64,000 nucleotides of DNA, taken from contig JBEKXW010000001.1 in assembly GCA_049511615.1 (NCBI GenBank), positions 222,052-286,051 on the forward strand, written 5' to 3'. This DNA is from Candidatus Dormibacteria bacterium (GTDB taxonomy: Bacteria; Chloroflexota; Dormibacteria; Aeolococcales; Aeolococcaceae). Shown here piece by piece: positions 9,266 through 18,454 of this stretch (position 1 is the first letter of the stretch; each line of letters begins with the position of its first letter). Both the position numbers and the translations under genes were made by a program. The notes beneath the pieces were generated by a model. That model saw only the letters and a program-made list of their open reading frames with translations. It ran no database searches and was not told the DNA's origin.

Positions 9266-11512
9266 GTGATCGTCACCGTCCTCAGCCCCCTCGCCCTGGT
9301 GGCGCTGGCGGGGACCGCCCTCGCGCTCACGGCGCGGCGGTGGCGGCGCCTGGTCCAGCTGATGCGCCGGGCGCGACGTCCCGAGCGGCGCCGAGGCGAG
9401 CTCCGGGAACGCCTCCGCGCCGCCGTGGTGGACGTCCTCGGCCAGGGACGGTTGCTCCGCTGGCCCTACGCCGGGGTGCTCCACGCGTTCATCTTCTGGG
9501 GCTTTCTGGTCCTGCTCACGGCCATCGCCCAGGCGATCGTCGAGGCCCTGGTCGTTGGAGTGCGGCTCGACGCCGTCCCCTTCGTCGCCCCCGCCCTCGC
9601 TCACCTCCAGGACGTCTTCTGCGTCCTGGCCCTCACCGGGGTGGCGCTGGCCCTGGTCGACCGCCTGGCGATCCGGCCCGGCCGCTTCCGCGGCAGCCAC
9701 CGCGGCGACGCCCTCCTCATCCTGGGCTGGATCGCGGCGCTCCTCGCCTGCATGGAGCTGAACTACGCCACCCTCATCGCCGAACGCTCACCCGAGGCAC
9801 TGGGTGCCGACCGGCCCTTCGCCGCTGCGCTCAGCCATCTCTTCGCCGGGCTGGGCAGCGGCAGCGATGCCCTCGTCGCGTTCCACGGCGTCTTCTTCTG
9901 GGCGCATCTCACGCTCGTCTTCGGCTTCCTCGTCTACCTCGGTCACAGCAAGCACCTCCACATCGTCACCGCCCCGGTCAACGTCGTCCTGCGCGACCAG
10001 GGACCGAAGGGACGGCTGCGCCTCCTCGACATCGACGCGGTGATGTCGGCCGCGGACGGGAGCGATCAGCGCTTCGGCGCGGGCGCCCTCGAGGACCTCT
10101 CATGGAAGGACGTGCTCGACCTCTACACCTGCACCGAGTGCGGGCGCTGCCAGAGCCACTGTCCCGCCTACCTCACCGGCAAGGTGCTCTCGCCCAAGAC
10201 CCTGATCACCGACCTGCGCGACGTCGCCTACGAGCAGCTCAGGGGCGGCTACGCCGCCACCCGTCACAGCGCCCATCACGTCCCGGGCGACGGCGCCGAG
10301 GAGGAAGCGGAAACCGTCCCCCCGGAGGCTCCGGGAGCCGGTGGCGCGGTGATGTGGGCGACCGGCGCAGGCGGTCCGAGGGCCCTCCGCGACCTTCCCG
10401 GCAGCTTCCAGCCGTCATGGCTCAGCCCCGAGCAGGTGAGCGCCGCGGTCGAGAAGAGCGGGGGTGAGCGTCCCCTGATCGGCGGCGCCATCGCGGAGGA
10501 GACGCTCTGGGCCTGCACCATGTGCGGAGCCTGCATGGACCAGTGCCCGGTCTTCATCGAGCACGTGCCCAAGATCGCCGAGATGCGACGCCACCTCGTG
10601 CTCGACGAGTCGCGCATGCCGCGCTCCGCGGAGACGGCGCTGCGCGCCATCGAGGACGTGGCCAACCCCTACGGTGCCTCGCCCCCGACCAGGGCCGACT
10701 GGACGATCGGGCTCGACGTCCCGCGAATCGACGACAAGCCGGACGCCGAGTACCTCTACTGGGTCGGTTGCGCGGCCTCCTTCGACGAGCGGGCGCGCCG
10801 CATCGCCACCGCGATGGTCGAGATCCTGCACGCCGCCCGCGTCGACTTCGCCATCCTGGGGACCGAGGAGCGCTGCACCGGCGACCCGGCGCGGCGGATC
10901 GGCAACGAGTACCTCTTCCAGGAGCGGGCGAGAGAGAACATCGCGATGCTGTCCGGGCATGGCGTGCGCCGGATCGTCACCAGCTGTCCGCATTGTTTCA
11001 ACACGCTGGCCAACGAGTACCCGGACCTCGGCGGTCACTACCAGGTGGTCCATCACACCGAGCTCATCGACACGCTGATCCGGGAGGGCAGGATCGTCCT
11101 GGAGCGGCCACTCGAGGAGACCGTCGCCTACCACGACTCCTGTTACCTGGGACGGTGGAACGGCATCTACGCCGCGCCGCGCGCCATCCTCGAGCGGATT
11201 CCGGGCGTGAGGCTCGTGGAGATGAGGCGAAGCCGCCGTGAGGGGATGTGCTGTGGCGCGGGAGGAGGCCGGATGTGGATGGAGGAGGACCAGCCGCGGA
11301 TCAATCACCGCCGCGTCGACCAGGCCGTGGAGACCGGCGCGACCCGGGTGGCCACCGCATGCCCCTTCTGCCTGACCATGTTCGACGAGGGAATCGCCGC
11401 GCGGCAGGCGCAGGACCGGGTCGCTGTCGACGACATCGCGGTCTATGTGGCCCGTTCGATGCGTCGTGCCGGTGGCGGCACGACCGCGACGCTCCCCGCG
11501 ACCTCGGGTTGA
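9266..11512 (+). CDS. membrane-anchored (Fe-S)-binding oxidoreductase, HdrD/DsrK-like with CCG domains
   Basis: N-terminal TM helices. Two 4Fe-4S motifs, 'CTECGRCQSHCP' and 'CTMCGACMDQCP'. Cys-rich CCG repeats 'VGCAASFD', 'CPHCFNTL', 'HDSCYLGR', 'MCCGAGGG' and 'ACPFCLTMF'. Confidence 0.85.
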   Translation: MIVTVLSPLALVALAGTALALTARRWRRLVQLMRRARRPERRRGELRERLRAAVVDVLGQGRLLRWPYAGVLHAFIFWGFLVLLTAIAQAIVEALVVGVRLDAVPFVAPALAHLQDVFCVLALTGVALALVDRLAIRPGRFRGSHRGDALLILGWIAALLACMELNYATLIAERSPEALGADRPFAAALSHLFAGLGSGSDALVAFHGVFFWAHLTLVFGFLVYLGHSKHLHIVTAPVNVVLRDQGPKGRLRLLDIDAVMSAADGSDQRFGAGALEDLSWKDVLDLYTCTECGRCQSHCPAYLTGKVLSPKTLITDLRDVAYEQLRGGYAATRHSAHHVPGDGAEEEAETVPPEAPGAGGAVMWATGAGGPRALRDLPGSFQPSWLSPEQVSAAVEKSGGERPLIGGAIAEETLWACTMCGACMDQCPVFIEHVPKIAEMRRHLVLDESRMPRSAETALRAIEDVANPYGASPPTRADWTIGLDVPRIDDKPDAEYLYWVGCAASFDERARRIATAMVEILHAARVDFAILGTEERCTGDPARRIGNEYLFQERARENIAMLSGHGVRRIVTSCPHCFNTLANEYPDLGGHYQVVHHTELIDTLIREGRIVLERPLEETVAYHDSCYLGRWNGIYAAPRAILERIPGVRLVEMRRSRREGMCCGAGGGRMWMEEDQPRINHRRVDQAVETGATRVATACPFCLTMFDEGIAARQAQDRVAVDDIAVYVARSMRRAGGGTTATLPATSG

Positions 11513-11602
11513 CACTCGACTCGCCGGTACCGTACTGTCCAGGCTGCCGCTCCCGGGGCGGCGTGTCCTTAACATCCTGTCTTGCGCGCGCTCACGAGGT
11601 TC

Positions 11603-11616
11603 GGTGACCGGTCACC
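11603..11616. promoter_or_regulatory. 14-bp perfect palindrome GGTGACCGGTCACC upstream of the ParA-like gene (candidate operator)
   Basis: Read directly from the sequence; it sits 40 nt upstream of ATG 11656 and downstream of a TAACAT box. Confidence 0.3.
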
Positions 11617-11636
11617 CGTCGTTGCAGTCACACCGA

Positions 11637-11670
11637 TGATGCGGGTACTCGCCTGATGCGGGTCCTCGCA
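11637..11670 (+). repeat. 17-bp tandem duplication of the ParA-like translation start, creating a 6-codon upstream mini-ORF
   Basis: tgatgcgggtactcgcc | tgatgcgggtcctcgca (15/17 identical). The mini-ORF ATG ATG CGG GTA CTC GCC TGA (MMRVLA*) ends in a TGATG overlap with the real start (MRVLAV...). Confidence 0.7.
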
Positions 11671-12729
11671 GTCGCCGCCAACAAGGGTGGAGTGGGCAAG
11701 TCCACGCTCGCCTTTCAGGTGGCCGCCGAGATGGCCCTCCGCGGGCTGCGGGTGCTGGCCGTCGACGCCGACAAGCAGGCCGACCTCACTCGCTACGCGC
11801 GCGGTCCCCGCCTGGCCGGGGTCGGGCTCGACGCGGTGATCGCCGACCCGTCCCTCGACCCCCGTCCCTACATCGGCCCGGTTGCCGAGAACCTGGACCT
11901 GCTGGGGAGCTCGCCGCGGCTTGCCGATGCCGACGAGGTGCTCCGGGCCACCGAGGGGGGACGGTTCTTCCTCCGGCGCTGCCTGGGGGTGGTCGCGGCC
12001 GGCTACGACTGGGCGGTGATCGACACCGGCCATTCCGAGCCGATCATCGCCGGCGCCATGGTGGCCGCCGACCTGCTCCTGATGCCGACCACCGCCAGCG
12101 CGCCCGACGCCCGCCACGCCGCCGACATGCTCCAGGTCGCCACCCGGGTGCGCCGCGAGCTGGGCCTGGAGACGGACGGCCTGCTCCCGCGCTCCCTGAT
12201 CACGATCTGGCGGCGCCAGCACAACGGGGTCGCCGACGCCGAGGTGATCGAGAATCTCCGGGCGCGCTTCGGCGACCTGGTGTGCCCGGTGATCATCCCG
12301 CACAGCTCGCGGATCTCCGAGGCCAACGATCAGCGCCTCACCGTCCGCCAGCATGCCGAGATGTTCGGGAGCACCCGCGACCGGCCGCTCCGAGCGGCGG
12401 TGGAGGCCTATTCCACGATCACCGACCACATCCTGGCGCGGGCCGGTTTCGGGATCGACCCCTCCCGCTCGGCCGTGCTCGCGGAGATCGACTTCGACGA
12501 ACCGGACCTCACCCAGGTGGCGGCGGCGATCCGCCGGGTGAAGGCGCGGCGCGGCCTCGACGACGACCAGCTCGCCGAGGTGCTGGGCCGCTCGGTCGAC
12601 TGGGTCCGGCACACCCTCGCCTTCGGTGCCCGGCACCCGGAGGGTGAGGACCGGCTCACCATCCGCCCGGGATCGCGCTCCACCACCCGAGAGCTGGTGG
12701 GCTCGCGGGTGCGGCGGTGGCGTCACTGA
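11656..12729 (+). CDS. ParA/MinD-family ATPase with about 90-aa C-terminal HTH-like extension
   Basis: Deviant Walker A 'NKGGVGKST' and 'VIDTGHS'. C-terminal 'RRGLDDDQLAEVLGRSVDWVRHTL' resembles a helix-turn-helix. Confidence 0.8.
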   Translation: MRVLAVAANKGGVGKSTLAFQVAAEMALRGLRVLAVDADKQADLTRYARGPRLAGVGLDAVIADPSLDPRPYIGPVAENLDLLGSSPRLADADEVLRATEGGRFFLRRCLGVVAAGYDWAVIDTGHSEPIIAGAMVAADLLLMPTTASAPDARHAADMLQVATRVRRELGLETDGLLPRSLITIWRRQHNGVADAEVIENLRARFGDLVCPVIIPHSSRISEANDQRLTVRQHAEMFGSTRDRPLRAAVEAYSTITDHILARAGFGIDPSRSAVLAEIDFDEPDLTQVAAAIRRVKARRGLDDDQLAEVLGRSVDWVRHTLAFGARHPEGEDRLTIRPGSRSTTRELVGSRVRRWRH

Positions 12730-13907
12730 CCGGGGCCGAGGCCCCTCGCTTCACGCGCGACCGGCTCACCTGGCTCGCCTACATCAGCCTGGCGTCGTAT
12801 GCCTTCTATCTCTATGCCCTGGGCCCGTTGCTCGCCTTCCTCCATCAGGAGCTGCACCTCTCCTACGCCGTCACCAGCCTCCACTCCACCATCTTCTCGG
12901 TCGGAGCGGTGGTCACCGGACTGACCTTCGACCGCGTCACCCGCAGCTGGGGTCGCCATCGGGTGTTCTGGCTCTCCGCCGCCGCGACGGTGGCCGGCGC
13001 CCTGCTCTTCTTCGCCGGCCACCAGGTCGCGGTCACCCTGCCCGCCGCGTTCGTCCTGGGCATCGGGTGCACGTACCTGGGCGCCGGGTGCTCGGTGGCG
13101 CTGGCGGACCGCCACGGCCCGCAGCGGGACCGCGCCCTCCTCGAGGGCAACGTCGGCGCGAGTGGCACCGGCGTGGTGGTCCCGGCGCTGCTCGGCCTCC
13201 TCGCCGGGACGGCCGCCGGCTGGCGACCCGCCCTGCTCCTGCCGGTGCTGACCCTGGGGGTCCTCTGGGTCCTGCTGCGCCACATCGCTCTCCCCGCGCC
13301 CCCCGCCCCCGCCTCCGCGGCCCGCCGTCTGCCGCGCGGCTTCTGGGGCCCCTGTGGGCTGGTGGCGCTGGCCGTCGGCATCGAGTTCACCCTCATCTTC
13401 TACGGGGTGCCGCTGCTGCACGTCAGCGTCGGACTGTCGACCGGAGCCGCATCCATCGTCCTCAGCCTGTTCGTGGCCGGCGAGCTGGCCGGGCGGCTGG
13501 TCGGCGCGCGGCTGACCCGCCGGCCGGGACGGGCCGAGCGCGTCATCGGGTTCGCTCTGGTGGTCGCCATGGCCGGCTTCCTCGTGCTCTGGCTCGGCCG
13601 GCTGACCGTCCTGTCGGCGCTGGCCCTCTTCGTCACCGGCCTGGGCGTCGGCAACCTGTATCCCCTCAGCCTGGCGCTGGCCCTGGGCGCGGGCGGGGGC
13701 AGGACCGACCAGGCCATGGCCCGGACCCAGGTCGCCGTCGGCGTGGCCATCGGCACCGCCCCGCTTCTCCTCGGCGTACTCTCCGACCGGGTGGGGGTCG
13801 TCCGCGCCCTCACCGTCGAACCCGCCCTCATCGTCACCGCCGCGCTGGTGCTCTGGCTGGTGGTGCGCGCCGGTCGCGGTCAGGCGGCGGCCGCGGCCGC
13901 CGCCTGA
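12717..13907 (+). CDS. MFS transporter
   Basis: About 12 hydrophobic helices over 396 aa. GTG start overlaps the ParA-like stop by 13 nt. Confidence 0.75.
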   Translation: MASLTGAEAPRFTRDRLTWLAYISLASYAFYLYALGPLLAFLHQELHLSYAVTSLHSTIFSVGAVVTGLTFDRVTRSWGRHRVFWLSAAATVAGALLFFAGHQVAVTLPAAFVLGIGCTYLGAGCSVALADRHGPQRDRALLEGNVGASGTGVVVPALLGLLAGTAAGWRPALLLPVLTLGVLWVLLRHIALPAPPAPASAARRLPRGFWGPCGLVALAVGIEFTLIFYGVPLLHVSVGLSTGAASIVLSLFVAGELAGRLVGARLTRRPGRAERVIGFALVVAMAGFLVLWLGRLTVLSALALFVTGLGVGNLYPLSLALALGAGGGRTDQAMARTQVAVGVAIGTAPLLLGVLSDRVGVVRALTVEPALIVTAALVLWLVVRAGRGQAAAAAAA

Positions 13908-14034
13908 CCGGCGGGGTCCGAGCACGACCGCGCGTCATCGCTAGGACGGATCGACAGTGAGATCTCGCTCTCACGCGGCGCGATCACCCGACCGAGCCCG
14001 ACGGCGCAAAGACCCATCGGCAGGGCCCTGCGGG

Positions 14035-14118
14035 TCAGACCGTGATCACGTCGATGAGCGGTTGCAGGCCCGCGAAATCATCCGGGTTGCGCGTGTAGAG
14101 CGGGAGCCCGCGCGCGTG
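14035..14118 (-). pseudogene. relic of a PIN-domain VapC toxin (C-terminal ~25 codons only)
   Basis: The minus frame reads ...SDEHARGLPLYTRNPDDFAGLQPLIDVITV*, a typical VapC C-terminus. In-frame TGA at 14190-14188; no N-terminal PIN half and no antitoxin ORF. Confidence 0.5.
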
Positions 14119-14119
14119 C

Positions 14120-15424
14120 TCATCGCTCGCCCGTCGCCGGCGCGCGCCGCCGCCGCTCCCACACGGCGAGCGCGGCCGCGGCCGCCGTCAGGCCCCACGG
14201 GACCAGCCGGCCGGGCGGGGCGGGCGCGCCGGCGCCGGTGTCGAGCGCGATCAGGAGGACGAGCAGCAGCCAGCCGGCCAGCACGACGGTCCCGGTCCTC
14301 CCCGGCCAGGGGTGGGGGACGTCGTGCCGCGCGGCCCGGGCGGCGACCCAGACGAACGCCGGCGCCAGCACCACCAGGTCATGGGCGAGGAGGTGGGGCG
14401 CCACCACCAGCGAGAGCGCGGCGGCCCCGGCGAGGGTGGCCTCCAGCCGGTCGGGACGGCCGTGGCTGCGCCAGCCCAGGAACCCGCAGGCGGCCACCCC
14501 GAGCACCCCGCCCACGATCGCGATACCGGTCGCCGCCGACCCCGCGCCGAGCCATGACGCCGCCAGCCCGAGCAGGCCCAGGGTGCTCGCCGCCGGGGTG
14601 TTGCCGAGGGCGAAGGAGGAGGCCCCGATGAACCCGAGGGTCGCCCCGGGCCCCACCGCGGCCATCGAGGCGGCGATCAGCCCAGCGGATCCCGCGACGA
14701 TGCCCAGGAGCGCCCGCCGATCACGGCGTCCGATCGCGAAGGCGAGCAGGCCGATCGCCAGGTGGGGCTTGGCGATGCCGAAGCCGAGGGCCAGCCAGAG
14801 CCCGGCGGTGAAGGACCGGTCCCGCCGCCAGGCGGCGTAGGCGAGGGCGAGTCCCAACGCGCAGACACCGTCCCACTGGCCGAGGAGCAGGAGCGGCAGG
14901 GTCGCCGTGCCGGCGAGGCCCGCTCCGGCGGCCACCAGCTGCGCACCCCGGCTCCCCTGCGGCCAGGGGCCGGCGCGGGCCGCGACCCCGGCGGCCACCG
15001 CCAGGAGCAGGAGCTGGACCAGGCTGAACAGCCGGAAGGCCATGCCCGGGTCGAGGAAGCTCAGCGGGATCGCCAGCAGCGCCGTGGTCGGCGGCGTGAT
15101 GAAGGGGAGGTTGACCCGGTACCCGGGCAGGAGGATGGCGGCATGCCGGGCCGCCTCGAGGGCCTGGTCGTAGATCTGGCCGCCCTGCCCCGCCCGCACC
15201 AGCAGGGCGGCGACGTAGGAGGCGGAGAAGTCGGTGCCGCGCTCCCGCGCCGGCGAGACCTGGAACCAGAGCACCGCGTAGACGATCAGGGCCGCCACGG
15301 CGACCCCGGCGATGGCGAGCCGGAGCGAGGCGGCCCGGCGCGTCCCCGCTGGGAGCCCGGCCCCACCGCGCCGCGGCAGGGAGGTGGTGGGGAGGGCGGC
15401 CGGCCGCCCGGCTTCTGCTGACAC
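14120..15424 (-). CDS. polytopic membrane glycosyltransferase, GT87/DUF2029-like
   Basis: 434 aa with many TM helices. 'GTDFSASYVAALLVRAGQGGQIYD...LPFITPPTTALLAIPL' matches the DUF2029 mannosyltransferase-like N-terminal region. Confidence 0.7.
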   Translation of the reverse strand: MSAEAGRPAALPTTSLPRRGGAGLPAGTRRAASLRLAIAGVAVAALIVYAVLWFQVSPARERGTDFSASYVAALLVRAGQGGQIYDQALEAARHAAILLPGYRVNLPFITPPTTALLAIPLSFLDPGMAFRLFSLVQLLLLAVAAGVAARAGPWPQGSRGAQLVAAGAGLAGTATLPLLLLGQWDGVCALGLALAYAAWRRDRSFTAGLWLALGFGIAKPHLAIGLLAFAIGRRDRRALLGIVAGSAGLIAASMAAVGPGATLGFIGASSFALGNTPAASTLGLLGLAASWLGAGSAATGIAIVGGVLGVAACGFLGWRSHGRPDRLEATLAGAAALSLVVAPHLLAHDLVVLAPAFVWVAARAARHDVPHPWPGRTGTVVLAGWLLLVLLIALDTGAGAPAPPGRLVPWGLTAAAAALAVWERRRRAPATGER

Positions 15425-15433
15425 CTGCGGGCG

Positions 15434-15439
15434 ACCCTA
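15434..15439 (-). promoter_or_regulatory. -10-like box TAGGGT, 9 nt upstream of GT87 GTG (leaderless candidate)
   Basis: Overlaps a plus-strand TAGCAT (15438-15443) through a shared CTAG in the divergent region. Confidence 0.3.
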
Positions 15440-15636
15440 GCATCGCTCCGGCGTTCGCAGGCGCATCGTGACCGCCGTTTCACGCCGCCGCCGCCCCCGC
15501 ACCGGGCACCTCACGACCCGGCCCGGCGCCCACCGGCTTGAAATCGCCGTCACCAAGGTGTCACGCCGCGTCACCTGGCCTCGCCGGCCCAGCCCGTACG
15601 ATCGGAGCAGGGGGCACAGAGAGGAGCGAGCGAAGG

Positions 15637-17214
15637 ATGGGCTGGGCCTTCCGACGGCTGCCGAACGCTGCTTTGCTCAGCGCGGTCAGCGACCTCGGAG
15701 AGGGCATGGTCGCGTTGCGCCGCGGCCGTCCCGTGGACGTGAACCCGGCATTCACCGCGCTCACCGGACACAGTCGCGGGGAGCTCCTCGGGTTGCCCTC
15801 ACTGCTGCAGCTCACGCCCCCGGAGGAGCGCGCGACCGTGGCGGCGCGGCTGGAGCGCCGGGACTCCGTGGCTCCCGGGGGCCAGCGCTTCGCCTCCCAT
15901 CTGCTCACCCGGGATGGCCGCCGGGTGGCCGTGGAGATGGCCGTCTGGACCCCGCCCGGGGACCGCCACGCCCAGGTCGTCATGGTGCGCGACATCACCG
16001 CCCAGCAGCGAGCGGCGCGCCGCCGCGCGCTGCTGGCGAAGGTCCCGCGGGTCCTGGGCGAGGCGGAGACGTTCGAAGCCGCCTCGTCGCGCCTGCTCCA
16101 GGTGATCGGCGACAGCCTGGGGATGCGCGGCGGGGAGATATGGCTGTCGGTCGGGCCGGACGGGATGGCCATAGACCGTCGCGTCAGCTGGTGGGAGCCG
16201 GAGTTCGACGACGGCGAAACCGCTCCGGTGCGACGCGCTCTGAGCCACACCGCCGGCGGGCTGCCCGAGCGCGTCTGGTCCGCCGCCGCACCGGTGCTTC
16301 TCCCCGACCTCGCCGGTGACCGCGCGGTGCTCGACCCCGCGGTGCCCCGACCGGCCGGGCTCGCCGCCGCCGCCGGCTTCCCCATCTTCATCGACGACCG
16401 GGTCGTCGGCGTCCTCGACTTCTTCTCCTCCGGCATGCTCGCCGTCGACCCGGCGGTGGTGGAGGTCATGGGCGACGTGGGCCGGCAGATCGGCCGCTTC
16501 CTGGAGCGCCGGCACACCGTGAGGACCCTCGAGCAGACGGTCGCGCGACTCACCGAGGTCGCCGCCTCCGATGCCCTCACCGGGCTGCGCAACCGCCGCG
16601 AGTTCGACCGTCTGCTGGCGACGGTTCCGCGCCAGCGCTTCGCGATCTTCGCCATCGACGTGGACAACCTGAAGCAGATCAACGACCAGTACGGCCATGA
16701 GGCGGGCGACGTCATGCTCCGTTCGGTGGGCCGGGCCCTTGCCGCGTGCGTGCGGGGTTGGGACGTCGTGGCCCGCATCGGCGGGGACGAGTTCGGCGCC
16801 CTGATGGTCGACCTCGACCCTGCCGGGGCGGATCTGGCGGCGGAGCGGATGCGCCGGACCGTGCAGGCGATGACCGTGTCGCGCGGGCAGCCGCGGATCA
16901 GCGTGGGCTGGGCGGTCGGTACCGCCGGCAGCGACCCCCGCGAGGTCGCGCGGCTCGCCGACGCCCACCTCTACGAGGCCAAGCGAGCCGGTCGCGACCG
17001 CGTGTCCGGGGGAACGTTCGACGGGCGGGGCGGCCTGGCCGCCGGCTCCGACTGGGAGGTCCGCTCCCGGTGGCCCTCGGAGACGGGGGCTGCGCCCGGC
17101 GCGGCCGGCTCAGCGGATCCGGCTCCGCCCGCTCCTCACGACAGGCACCGTGCGGTCCCGAGCGAGCTGAGGATTCAGGGCCGGAGATCCGCGGTTCACC
17201 CGACCTTGCCCTGA
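15637..17214 (+). CDS. PAS-GAF-GGDEF diguanylate cyclase (paralogue of 6144-8318 without EAL)
   Basis: 'DALTGLRNRREFDRLLATVPRQRFAIFAIDVDNLKQINDQYGHEAGD...ARIGGDEFGAL'. GAGGAG-rich RBS upstream of ATG 15637. Confidence 0.88.
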   Translation: MGWAFRRLPNAALLSAVSDLGEGMVALRRGRPVDVNPAFTALTGHSRGELLGLPSLLQLTPPEERATVAARLERRDSVAPGGQRFASHLLTRDGRRVAVEMAVWTPPGDRHAQVVMVRDITAQQRAARRRALLAKVPRVLGEAETFEAASSRLLQVIGDSLGMRGGEIWLSVGPDGMAIDRRVSWWEPEFDDGETAPVRRALSHTAGGLPERVWSAAAPVLLPDLAGDRAVLDPAVPRPAGLAAAAGFPIFIDDRVVGVLDFFSSGMLAVDPAVVEVMGDVGRQIGRFLERRHTVRTLEQTVARLTEVAASDALTGLRNRREFDRLLATVPRQRFAIFAIDVDNLKQINDQYGHEAGDVMLRSVGRALAACVRGWDVVARIGGDEFGALMVDLDPAGADLAAERMRRTVQAMTVSRGQPRISVGWAVGTAGSDPREVARLADAHLYEAKRAGRDRVSGGTFDGRGGLAAGSDWEVRSRWPSETGAAPGAAGSADPAPPAPHDRHRAVPSELRIQGRRSAVHPTLP

Positions 17215-18434
17215 CCCCCCGGGGCGTCGGCGGTCGCCGGCCGGCCGAAGGCGGCGAGGTACGCGGCGTCGGGCCGGCCCTGGATGTGGTGGATGTAGGG
17301 CACGGCCACCCGGGACACGATCACCTGGAGGGCGGCGGCGACCGGGACGGCGAGCAGCGATCCCACCAGGCCGGCGAGGGCATAACCGACCACCAGGGCC
17401 AGCACCACCGCCAGGGCGGGGAGGGCGAGAACCCGGTTCATCACCAGCGGCACCACGGTGTTGGCATCGAGCAGCTGGATCAGCCCCAGCACGACCAGCA
17501 CCAGCAGCGGGTACTCGGGTGAGACGGTGAAGCCGAGCAGTGCCAGCGGGATGATGCCGAGGAAGGCACCGACCATCGGGATGGCCGCGGCGATGCCGGC
17601 GAAGAGACCGAGCAGGACGGGATCGGGCAGCCGGAGCAGGGCGCAGGCGATGCCGGTGGCGATGCCGACGACGACCATGTTGATGGCCACCGCGCGCAGG
17701 TAGCCCCCCATCCGGAATCCGGTGTCCTGGATCACCTCGGTCACCAGGGCCTGGGCTCGGGGCGGGAAGAGGTCGACCACGAACGACTTCAGCCGGTCGC
17801 TGGTGGTGAGCCAGAGGAAGCTCATCACCAGCACCAGGATGAGGTCCGCCACCGCGCCGGCGATGGTCCCGCCGATGGTGAGCAGGTCCTGGCCGGCCTG
17901 GCCCAGGGCCCCCTCCACCTGGCTGGTGAGCTGGGCGTTGCTGATCCCGAGGTGCTTCTCGATCGTGGTGATGAAGTGGACCACGGCCTTCTCGTAGGCG
18001 GGGAAGTGGGTGGCGAGGCTCTCCGCCTCGCTCACCACCGGCTGGACCAGCAGCGCCACGATCCCGGCGAGCACCGCGAGCAGTCCCAGGAAGACGACGG
18101 CGATGGCCGCCCCACGCGGGACGTGGAGCTCCTGCACCCGGTGCACGAGCGGGCGCACCCCCTCGGCGATGACCACGGCGATCAGGAAGAGGAGCACCAG
18201 GCTGGCGACCTGGGCGAGGACGAAGATGATGCCGAGAACCGCGAGGATCAGGAGCGCCGCCGCCACCAGGGTGCGCACCCGCACCACCTGGCGCGCCTCC
18301 CGTCTGCGCTCCGGGGGGTGGGAGATCACCGGGGGCGGCTCGGGGGGCGGGGACCCCTCCTCGGTGATCTGGGACACGGCGCCAACCGTAGCAGGGATCG
18401 GCGGCCGCCGCGAAACCCGCCGGGTGCGCGGCAC
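17196..18434 (-). CDS. AI-2E family transporter (PerM/UPF0118)
   Basis: 412 aa, about 8 TM helices. 'AEGVRPLVHRVQELHVPRGAAIAVVFLGLLAVL' is typical of the family. Confidence 0.8.
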   Translation of the reverse strand: MPRTRRVSRRPPIPATVGAVSQITEEGSPPPEPPPVISHPPERRREARQVVRVRTLVAAALLILAVLGIIFVLAQVASLVLLFLIAVVIAEGVRPLVHRVQELHVPRGAAIAVVFLGLLAVLAGIVALLVQPVVSEAESLATHFPAYEKAVVHFITTIEKHLGISNAQLTSQVEGALGQAGQDLLTIGGTIAGAVADLILVLVMSFLWLTTSDRLKSFVVDLFPPRAQALVTEVIQDTGFRMGGYLRAVAINMVVVGIATGIACALLRLPDPVLLGLFAGIAAAIPMVGAFLGIIPLALLGFTVSPEYPLLVLVVLGLIQLLDANTVVPLVMNRVLALPALAVVLALVVGYALAGLVGSLLAVPVAAALQVIVSRVAVPYIHHIQGRPDAAYLAAFGRPATADAPGGQGKVG

Positions 18435-18454
18435 GCCCCGTTGCGGCGGTCGCC

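Noticed and set aside
13957-14631. 224-aa Arg-rich plus-strand ORF
   Set aside because: It is antisense to the polytopic GT87 membrane protein, and its extreme Arg/Pro content is typical of a shadow frame.
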